Assembly (NCBI RefSeq): GCF_964204645.1
Contig: NC_134035.1
Coordinates: 12,680,451 to 12,744,450, forward strand
Direction of reading: 5' to 3'
Source of the DNA: Tubulanus polymorphus
Taxonomy: Eukaryota > Animalia > Nemertea
Length of the DNA stretch: 64,000 bases
Shown here: piece after piece, positions 53,561 through 64,000 of the stretch
How the letters are laid out: each line of letters opens with the position of its first letter
Numbering within the stretch: position 1 is the first letter of the stretch
The notes under the pieces: model-generated
What the model saw: the letters and a program-made list of their open reading frames with translations, nothing else
Database searches by the model: none
Told to the model about the DNA's origin: nothing
Translations under genes and position numbers: made by a program

Positions 53561-56500
53561 ATTTTTTTGTCATTTTCACCGTTTAAATTTGTCTAATTTT
53601 TTAAAGTTTATTGTAGTTTTTCTCGAGTATGTCTGAAATCGAAGTACATAATTGGGAAATTCGATTCCGGTTCATTCAAACTATCTTCCAATCAGTCTGA
53701 AACGGCAAGCTGAAGAAAAGAGCAGAACCTTTTGAGCAGAAAATCCTTTGGAATATCACTGATCATAATTATCATGTCAATTCATATATAAGACCAGCAA
53801 CGTGGATCGATACGTAGATTTTAATAATAGTCTTAAATGATATTTATGAAATTCAACTCATATAGTAATTCATCTATATTCTAAATATCTAAGCAATGGT
53901 TGATTATTATAGTTTAACAACAATTCAACTAAAGCATCTATAGTCATCTCTAGGAATACCAGAGTTACAACAAATTTAATGCATAATCAATCTTATCAAA
54001 TCGTTTTTGAACTGTTTTCTCTTCTATCTTCTTGAAATTCTTGATGTGTCTTTTATTGAAACCCAGGCCCATCATACAGTGCAAACCTGCTAGTAATATT
54101 GGCCTATATATATTTCGATTGTCAGCTAAACCATGTTCGTATTATCAAATTTACTTCATCGTCAGTTAATAAACTTAAGAGATGTTTTCTACCCACAGAT
54201 GGCGACATCTGTACCCAGTGAATGGTATTCTAATCCATTTCATTAATTCTAAATATTGCTCCTAATATATACAATGATTTTGTAATTATGATGATATAAC
54301 TAACTGAAGAGTGAGTGCGCTGCCAGCATTGAGCACACTGATCCTATAAGTAACATGGTTCTACAGATTTAAGAAACCTCGAATCATTCCCACAACTCGA
54401 CAAACCCAGAATTTTGCAAAGCGAGAAGAATTTCAGATCCGGTACGAATTTGAATTAATCACTATTTGAACTGCTAATTTTGCATCAGAGCTTTTGATAC
54501 CTAGCTTAACTAACCCAGAATCCCCCAAAACCTAACTGATTCAACAGATCCCACACACACACATGTGGCCCAGTTAGACGCAGATGACATTGCGCGATAC
54601 AGTCGTCTCATCCACTGTGCAATTTTGAATAAGTTTCACTTATATTCATTACATTGAATTAATTTCAATTAAATTCTAGGTATCTAAGCGAACCATTAAT
54701 TAGTAATCATACTAGCTATATTTTAATAGTCAGTTGAACAATATTTATATGGAGCCTGAAAATCTACATGAGTAGAATTTCAGATGTGGTGAATTCGTCA
54801 CTATTTGAATTCATCAGAAATTAAAGATAAAAAAGCATATTTTTAGTGGTAAATTAGAAATTCCCTTAGCCGAATGGCTATATAATCTTTATTTCCCTTA
54901 TATAGTACACTGTGTATAAGGACCGAAAGACCTTGTTATGACCGGACCTCCCTGGTGCGGTGCGAGTCATGATGCTAGAAAATAGTTTGAAGGAGAGGGG
55001 TTAGTAAAAGAGAGCTATTAGCAAGAGGAATAAGACCTAAGTTTAGGATATCCTGTCAGAATAAGGCTTTCAATCTGACATACACAGTGAAATTGAAATA
55101 TTCCCCCTTCCAAATCCAGGAATGTATTTGTGCACAGTTTCGATCGGAAGTAAATCTGCGTTAAATGATTTTGGCAATATGTATCAAAACTAATACAGCT
55201 GTGTGAAGACACCATAGGTTCACTTAGATACAGATAAATAAATGTGCTCAGATACACATGTATCAGCTTCATTTTAAATGTCCATGGAATTAGAAATAAT
55301 TTCACATAACAATTGAATTAACCTTGATCGATCTAAGTAATACGTTAATGAGTAATTCATCTTAGATTCTAATTTTTAGTTAAACTATATCTAATATGCG
55401 TCACTTGACACACAGTATGGTTTTAGATATTAATTGAATCAGTTAGGTTTGAGTAAATTTTGCCAATAATGAAAAGCATGGCTAGTCGTCGTAAGCGCGG
55501 CAGTTGGCGATACAGAACTGATCAGTCAATGAGACTGATTCCCTTATAGATGTGCTCAAATATATTATATATTTCAGCTATATTTCAATAAATATTTATG
55601 ATATAAAAAGTTTTTGATCTAACATCAAATATTGAATTCATCTTAATTGTGAATATCTAAGCCATTTTTCCTGGCTGTATGCTAATTGTCAGTCAAACAA
55701 CAATTATCATGCGTCGGCCAAAACAAGACGCAGTGTTTCAGGAATGAATTAAATCAATTAAAGCTTTGGTTTATTCTGGATTTATCAAAGTGTTGAGACC
55801 AAATCACTGTTTCATAAAGACCCGTAGTCCATAGTTTTCCCCATATAACACCAGACCTCGATAGAGCCCTAGTCACTATCTTATGAAATTCATTACTGTT
55901 ATGTGTGAGGCAGCACATAGTGTATATTGTTAAGTATGGCCTCAATGGTAATAAATTTATCAATATATTATTTGTAAAGAAAAATCTATCAACCAACGAT
56001 AAAATTTAATTGATATATCTTTTAGTAAAAATTGTCCTATCTAGATCTTGATTGTCCGTTAAACAATAGTCATATGAGGCCTGAAATATCTACGGTACAT
56101 TCGAATAATTTCAAATGTCACATAAGATATTGAATTTACCTTAATTGTACGTACTTACAAAATCTTTTAATCAATAACTGACCAATCTACATTTTAATTA
56201 TCAGACCAAAGAATATTTAAAGGACCTCACTCAATCATTTTGTCTAATATTGTAAATATTCAAGCAATCATTGCCTAGCTATATTTCAATTTACTACCGG
56301 CCACAGAGCCTCAATAAAGTAGTGCGGAGATGGTGAGCTTGACCAGCGCCTATGCATTCTACCCTAGATATGAAAAATCAACTTAGCTTTATGTATGTAT
56401 GTTTTCCTGTTGCCATGCAGGATGAGCCATGCAAGACTGCCAGGTTCGGTTGCGACAGGTCTTTGCGACAGGTGTTTGGTGGTACTTCAAGGTGGAGTCT

Positions 56501-56761
56501 TTCGTGGGCACTTCTGGTGGGCAGATTTTAGATGGGCCTTTTCGGATTAACCTGAAATGAGTGAAAGAACGATATTCTGTAGTTACACAATCCTTTCCGT
56601 ATCACGCATCGTAATTTACATGTGTATCAACTTAACTTTCAATATTGCTAATTCAGTGTTCTTTTTTGGCATCATCTTCGTTGTAGTCACCTTCAGCATC
56701 TTCTTCAACTTCTTGGGAGTCCTGAAATGAAAAAAAGAGAAGAGCGATGAAAACCTGGTAC

Positions 56762-57537
56762 GGAACAAAACTAATGTTCGAAAGCTTTTCAGCTCTCCAT
56801 CGCTGGTCACATGCCGAGAACACCAGACAATGAGCCAGCCAGGAATATACTGCCCTCTACACGCCCTCACACAGAACGCGAAAACCAGAATGACAACGCC
56901 TCACATTCCCCATCTAACTGCAGGATGTACTGGGCGACGTCAGTAACTGACAAACCTGTAAAATTGCACGAAACACAAATAGCACAGTACAACCAGCTTG
57001 ACCGGGTTGAGATTCAGGATCTCAACTAGCACTCAAAAGCGTGACAAGAGACTTCATCCACTGACCGAGGTTGTCACAAGGACACAATGAAACTAGCACT
57101 CATAAGCCGACAAGAGACTTCATCCACTGACCGAGGTTGTCACAAGGACACAATGAAAACTAGCACTCAAACTAGAAATCAAAGAGCGTGACAGTAGAAT
57201 CATCCCTCAGCCGACTCAGAATACCAGAAACAAAGAGCGTGACAGTAGAATCATCCCTCATCCGGGCGGTCACAAGGACACAATGAATGCTAGTAGCGTG
57301 ACAATCCAGTATAACCGCTCCATTTGTATCCCGCGCAATCCCGCAGATATGCCCGTCATTGACATCACTCAGCACACTTTGTAGATAGGTGGGGGCAGTG
57401 AGGCCTCATCATCCTGGTTTTCGTGTTCCGCATGAGGGCGTGTAGAGGGCAGAATTTCCTGACCGACTCTTTGTCTGACATCCTCGACACGTGACCGGCG
57501 AAGGAGAGCTGACGCTTTCGGACATTAGTTTTGTTCC
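56762..57537 (-). ncRNA. candidate long hairpin RNA: ~240-bp arms with a ~300-nt repeat-rich loop
   Basis: 56762-57000 is an inverted copy of 57302-57537; transitions between arms strongly favour G:U on the minus strand. Confidence 0.55.
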
Positions 57538-57754
57538 AGCAAACGTTGAAAATCGACAGAGAAACCGGCCCTGAAAAACAAAACGGATTAAATGCTGAAA
57601 AATAGAACGGATTAATTAACACAGAACAGTACAGGACAGCACAGAGACAAACAGTAACACATAAAACATAAAGACGTCGTTCCTCAGGAAGCAGGAACAG
57701 GAGCAGGAGCGGGAGCGCAGCGAAAATCGCCAGGAGGAGAATCCACGGTAGCAT
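57365..57754 (-). CDS. putative orphan hydrophobic small protein, copy B (~129 aa)
   Basis: MLPWILLLAIFAALPLLLLFLLPEERRLYVLCVTV...; paralog of 39770-40108; upstream intron 57990-57857. Confidence 0.4.
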   Translation of the reverse strand: MLPWILLLAIFAALPLLLLFLLPEERRLYVLCVTVCLCAVLYCSVLINPFYFSAFNPFCFSGPVSLSIFNVCWNKTNVRKRQLSFAGHVSRMSDKESVRKFCPLHALMRNTKTRMMRPHCPHLSTKCAE

Positions 57755-58852
57755 GTTCACAGTGTGAGTGTGCAGAGGTGAATGGCCTATGCTTGTGTAC
57801 ACCGTGGTCAGCCGGTGACGTGTTCAATAGCGCGTGTCAGAATGATATCAACAACTCTGAAAACCCGCAATTGTGTCTCTATTGTTGAATGGATTTACAT
57901 TATGAGGTTCCACCGCCGGGTTTAATACGCGCCAGTAGTCAGCTGAACAATATAGTGGAGGAAGTTTAATAAGGCCATGAAATAAATTACTTGATTCCCA
58001 ACAGCTACTTCCGAATTTATTAGCATCCGCCTGTGTTTTTTTTCTTAAATTCTAGAATAATTTATAAATTATACCGACCGATAGCACTTCCAGTTCAGAT
58101 TCACACCAACACAGGTCTTCCTATCATAGAAACCGCGTAAACATTTACTAATGAAATTAGTTTATTAGTCATGGACAGTTCATGCACCCCGAGATAACTA
58201 CCTCACATGCACGAGGAAAGCGGTCTATTTTAGTCATTGGGGGAAAACCCACTAATACCATGTATTCACGATTATTCATCATTAATACTGTTATCACAGA
58301 ATCCCGTCAATAGACAGATTTTCATTTTAAAAAAAACTCCTCGATTCAATTGAGGGGAGATATATGAAGCATTTTTAATTGCTTGGAGACGCGCATAAGT
58401 TTATGCATTGGAGAGGGCAGATTGAACCATTCCTAAAGAGCATTCGCTCGTATCCAGTCGCAACTATACTTGTCTTTGGTGAACTTTTTCCAAAAATGAA
58501 TTCCCCACTGTGCACGGAGTGAATAAAACATCTAAAACATTTTCAGTCGATAAGAGCACAAAAAATTCAGCAAACTAAAAGACTGGAGTATTTTCGATGA
58601 TATTTGCAGTTTATATTTCTACCATACGAAATAAATGTAACAGACAGATCAATATATATCCCCTAATGCCCCGAAACAAAATAACCGAATCTAGTTTAAT
58701 AATGAACACTTCCACAGGCGACGAAAATCTTCAAAATTCAATATAGGACATGATAAACAAACAGTGTTAAAATAAAACCAATCAGTTTTAAATTTGTCAC
58801 TTAATAAATTAAGTCAGCATGATCATTTAATATTGAAACAATGATTGTATAA

Positions 58853-61800
58853 CTACGGTTTCCATTGTTGTTGTTGACCTTGACCTTTATCGACGATTAT
58901 CGTCCGTCCATCATCGGTTGCCGACGACGCTAAATCGCGTAACGCCAAATCGCTGGAATACATCAGAAACTCGTCGAGCGTTCGTTCGGTGCAATTAGCT
59001 ATAAACCGGATAAACGGCCGGATGTCTCCGTCGTTCGCCGTTTGTAAATGTTGGTAGTATTCGTGTTTTTCGTCGACCTTGATGATGACCGGGGGAAACC
59101 CGGCTTGCATCAGGATCAGATTCATCAGCAGTCGAGACGTGCGTCCGTTACCGTCGTAGAACGGGTGAATGAACACGAGTTTATAGTGAGCTAAAGCGGC
59201 GTGTTCGATCGGATGTAGATCGGTCGTCGATTCCACAGAGTTCAACCATTCGATGAATTCACGCATTAATTCGAGAATGGCGTTGGCGCTCGGTGGCGTG
59301 TGATCACCTACGTATACCTGTAATTATAATCATCGTCTTCAGTTTAGTATATCGTATATACAGAGTCCGATCTAAGCACTCGTCCGATTGCCCGGGACAA
59401 GTATATTTCTATTAGTGCCAGTAGGTTATCATTATCACTTGTCAACTGGATGAGTGCAAATTTATATCTCAAGGCATTTATTTTCCCGCTCGAAACAACG
59501 GTTGATTATGCCACTCGAGTAGGGCTAGTTGATTTTTGAGGGGTCAAGTGAAATTTCAGATATGCTTCCTTCCTCCCCCGGGCAAGCGGCTTTTAATTCT
59601 TTAGATCAGACCCTGTATATAGGTCTCGCTAAACCTAAGACCCCTATACATAAGACCTAACATGTCTTAGGTTTTAGGTTTAGGGGTTCTTAGGTTTAGT
59701 ATATCATATATAGGTCTCGCTTAACCTAAGACCCCTAAACATAGGACCTAACAGGTCTTATGTTTCATTTATAACGCACGCACTAGATGATGGGTCAGTG
59801 ATATTGTGTAATGCTTGATGCTTATGAAAAAATGGCTGATTTTGCGTACAGGGAGAGGGGGGTATGAAAAATAAAGAATTTTATGCACATGCAATATGGA
59901 ATGATCCCTATTTTACCTGTGTATTGCGTAATCTACCGGCTTCTATCGGATCGACGTAGCCTAAAACACGTTTATGTATTTCTAGTAAATCGGTGACGGT
60001 GATCGCGCCGACGCGACGTATCAGAGTACTGTTTATATAACTCAACGCATCGTCTAAACCGAGTATCTCGTTGTGTTCGAGGATACTCTTCCCGTGGACG
60101 GCCATACGCGTCTCGACGATCGCGCGAGTCTGCGCGAGGGACATCGTGTTGCCTTCGATCGCGTTCGTGTGATAGATATGCAGGAAGAAGCTCTCTCGTT
60201 TCGCGCGCCGCAGCCCCGGGTGATTCTCCGGGATGTTGTAGAATTGTTCGCGTTTGGCGTCGATTCGCGTGAACGTTTTGCGGTCCATCTCGCGTACGAT
60301 CGGGAGTATGCGTTCCTGATTGGTTAGAGCTCGCGTGTGCTGCGGACTCACCGATACGGCCTTCGTGTACATCTGTGCCGCTAATAACAGATCGTTCTGT
60401 TCGTCGCCGTGTTCCTCTAGATACTCGCCGTACTCGACCAGAACCTCGACGTGTCGCGGGTCTAAGCTGTACGCGTGCTGAAACAGTCGCAGCGCTTTGT
60501 TGTGTTTGCCGTGCATTTCGAAATCGAGAGCTAAATTCAGCGCCGATAATGCTTCATTCGTTACTTCTGAAATACAAAATGACGATATGAAAAAACAAGA
60601 AACAGAACTGAATTAACACATTCACTGCCACAGTGCTGTTTTTTTCACAGTAGTTTCTTTTAACTACAAGTAGGGTCCAAATTATATGAAAAAGTGTAAG
60701 GCTAAAACGGTCAAGTTTGTTGTAATCCTCATTGCAGAAATGAAGTACAGTCAACCCCTGATATACCGCCCACATCGGTGCGGAACGATTTTGGCGGTAT
60801 AGAGAGTATGGCGGTATATCCGGGGTGTTTAACTATGTATTTGTATTGAGATGTACATTAAGAAAACCTGGCAGTAGGCAGAGGGTGGCGGTAATAATGT
60901 GAGGGCGGTATATCGGGGTTTGACTGTTACACCAGAAATATGTGTTAAACTTTTTTGTGAAAGTGGGCCAAGTTGGCAAAAGAGCTACCACATAGTCAGC
61001 CATTTTTCAAAATTGACCAATGAGCATTAACAAACAAGTAGAGTTTGTTCACAGTGTCAGCCAATCAGAAACTATATCATTCCGTGAGCAAGAGAGTTAA
61101 AAAGAAGATATATCGTAGTGGCCAAGATGACAGAACCGAAACTACCTCATAGTCGGCTGTGAATGGATTTAAGAGCATCGTTCTAACTGTAGCCACAACT
61201 TTAGCAACGAGACACTGAACCCGGTTGATAAGTAGCGCCACCTACCTTTACTCGCGCGTGTTTTCCGTTTCAACGCTAACGTCGTGTGGAAGAAATCCTC
61301 GTTTAGAGCGTCATTTCTGAGGTCTCCGCCGAACCAGGCTTTAGCGGCAAACGCGTTTGAACCGCGTCGTTTATCCGAGAAATACGTGATGTCGAATTCG
61401 ATGAACTTTGGTAAATTCGCGACGACGAACATGACGACCGTCGCTATCGAAACACCCGAGAAAAATACGATCAAAAACGTCATTGGAGAATTGATGATCC
61501 CCGCGGCGGGGGAGGAACAATTCATCACCGGTGACGACGATGAGTCGTTCGATGATGTCGAGATTGTGCGCCCGCTATTGTTTCGGGATTTCGTCCTTTT
61601 TTTCGTGTTTATTTCTCCGTTAGATTCACCGTGTTCCCGGTGGTCCATCCCACCGTGTTCCCGGTGGTCCATCCCACCGTGTTCCCGGTTGTCCATCCCA
61701 CCGTGTTCCCGGTTGTCCATGCTGCAGTGTTCCCGGTTGTCCATGCTGCAGTGTTCCCGGTGGTCCATGCTGCAGTGTTCCCGGTGGTCCATGCTGCAGT

Positions 61801-61936
61801 GTTCCCGGTGGTCCATCCCACCGTGTTCCCGGTGGTCCATCCCACCGTGTTCCCGGTGGTCCATCCCGCAGTGTTCTCCATCCACCAAGCCTTGGTCCCC
61901 GTACTCGTTCACTGATATCCCTACAGACATCGTCAT
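58853..61936 (-). CDS. FICD: protein adenylyltransferase FICD/HYPE, 3 exons, ~601 aa
   Basis: Exons 61936-61246, 60566-59917, 59317-58853 in frame. TM ([19 protein letters not shown]), TPR region, inhibitory TNAIEGN, Fic motif [12 protein letters not shown]. Confidence 0.95.
60748..60926. mobile_element. Tc1/mariner-pogo-type MITE in FICD intron
   Basis: ta-cagtcaacccctgatataccgccc...gggcggtatatcggggtttgactg inverted termini. Confidence 0.7.
61628..61880 (-). repeat. 24-bp coding repeat, ~10 copies of (G/C)(G/S)MD(H/N)REH, in FICD N-terminus
   Basis: Directly visible in DNA and translation. Confidence 0.92.
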
Positions 61937-64000
61937 TATCACAATCGCTTTAAAACATCTTACATCGAATACAGCAGTTGATACAGCTTACACCAGGTTA
62001 CTCATCGGTGATAACTATGAGTCCCTCGTAAAGGTGTTTGACTACAGGGGGTAGGCCTTGGCTTCTCTAGCGCAAGTCCACTTCACTTGAATGACATGAC
62101 CCTCAGCAGGATCAGAATGTTTTTTGTGAATTTGTTAACTCGACTTGACCTGAGGCAGTTCGACACGAAGTTCCACCCTTTGATTTTTTAGGTCGATCTT
62201 ACCAAACTAAATTAAACGTATGTATATGTTCAAACACGGACTCCTTAACAACTGAATATGCGAAAAGATCATTTGAAACATACACGGCTGTCAATAAGTA
62301 CACGTAATCGCAATTGACAATCATATGGCAAAGTTGTATTGTCATCGCTGTACGAAATACATTGAGAGGTTCGAATCCGAAATTTGTGAATATTTGCTTT
62401 TCCGAAATATGATTATGTTTTCGAAATAGTAAGTCTATGAATGACTGTTTTGCTATTCATTTGATTCTCAATTTGGCTGTTTGTTTTTCGAACTAACCAT
62501 AAGGAATGAACGTCGTGACATCAACAGGGACTGATTAGATTAGCATTATGGCAATAGGGAGTTCAGGACTTCATGTGCAGGTAGGCATGAAAATCCCTGA
62601 TGCCTGTAGATTATCACTGCAAAGTCCCGAGAATAACTAAGTAGCGCAATAAACCGATTTTAGTATATTTTTCAAATGAGACTTTTCTAGTTTTTTCTAT
62701 GAAATTTCAAACAATTTCTTATCAATATTTTTACTTCACATTATATTCCGCTGTTATTGATATTTGACAATTACTGATATCGTGCAGTTTTTAACACCGG
62801 ATCAATTATGCTCTAGTAATTACCACCGATCGTACGACTTCCGGGTTCTGTCTGGAAACCAGGAAAAAATATACCCGACTCATCGATTATTTTGAGGATT
62901 TTCATGCCATAAAAAAATTGATGAATTCAAAATACGTTTAGTAAGTGTTTTTTGCATAATCTATTTGTCGACATGAAATAATGCTAAACGGCATTTTTAC
63001 GAAGTGGCAGCTTACATACCCGGTACATATACGATATGACATGCACTGATCATGTAGACAGCGGGTGATCTACATATAAACATCGAGGCACTGTACAAAG
63101 AAGAGCCTTTTTCATTTACAGAATAAAGATAATGGCAAGAAGTCGAATATGTCTCCATTACTCGGGTTTAACTACACTATTCCGTGCTCCAGTAAGTAAT
63201 ATTCCGTCAGATACGGGTAACAGATACGGGTATAAGTTTGTCTCTTTTTCTTTTCATCTTTCGGATCGTGGTTTCCCAGACACAAGTATTGATTGTCATT
63301 TAAACTCACGACGGATCACGCCGGTCTTTATTGTCGCCGGAATTGATTATGTTTGATTGAAAGTTACGTGTGAAATCCTTAATTGAAACTAGCAAACAAA
63401 GTGTTGTCTAGCTACAATCATTGAAGAATTGCCCTGGCAATCAAACTAACACAAACTTAATCTCCTCTTCACTAATTTCAAACAACTCTTCAATATTTCA
63501 TGAAATTTCACTGCATGCTAAGGATGGCGTTTGGTATTTTAGGAGCCAGACTAAGGGCCTTGTTAAAATTTCGCTTGAGCTGTTGGTTGAATATTATAGA
63601 ATATTTGTATTTGTAAATGTGAACGGCAGGATCGGTTTGAATTTTACTCGACTTGATGGCCACCTACTGACAATCCATAGTTCTTCTCCCCATGGCTTTA
63701 GATTTAATCGTTTGTGAATGTCAATTTTTCAATCGGGGCCATAAAATTGATATACACCCTTGACAGGTATCCAGCGTTAAATAGCCTAACCTCTTAAAAT
63801 CAATTTATATAGTATGGTAGCCAATTATATGTACCGGAAGTGTTGTCTAGCTACAATCATTGGCCCGAATTGCAAAATCATTCTCATGTCATTTCATAAT
63901 GTAATAAGTTTCATTATTGCCCCGGCAATCAAACTAACACAATCATTATAATTGCCGGCACGATCATGTTTTAATCGAATGCTTCATTATATTTTCGATT

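Noticed and set aside
61284-62054. 256-aa plus-strand ORF
   Set aside because: Antisense shadow of FICD exon 1.
63132-63717. short plus-strand ORFs and a partial direct repeat (63402/63841)
   Set aside because: No recognisable motifs or consistent splice structure.

Overview
Intron-rich, AT-rich invertebrate animal DNA; the taxon cannot be fixed from sequence alone. Protein-coding genes in order: 3' end of PSMD2/Rpn1 (+); complete 25-exon DDB1 (-) with one U12-type intron; a GT32/DXD glycosyltransferase (+); a ~2284-aa acidic orphan carrying many AKAP-like helices (+); 14-exon DDX51 (-); UQCC5/SMIM4 and UQCC6/BRAWNIN sharing one exon, an apparent bicistronic unit (-); and FICD with an N-terminal His/Met repeat (-). 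Introns hold many MITEs, minisatellites, a LINE tail and Penelope-type minimal hammerhead ribozyme motifs, including a 10 x 69-bp array in a DDX51 intron. The 39.5-58 kb interval holds an inverted pair of paralogous spliced units encoding a small hydrophobic orphan ORF with an RTE-derived tail. One of them contains a ~240-bp G:U-biased fold-back (candidate hairpin-RNA/target pair). A recent ~3-kb tandem duplication lies in the same interval. All alignments and counts were done by eye.
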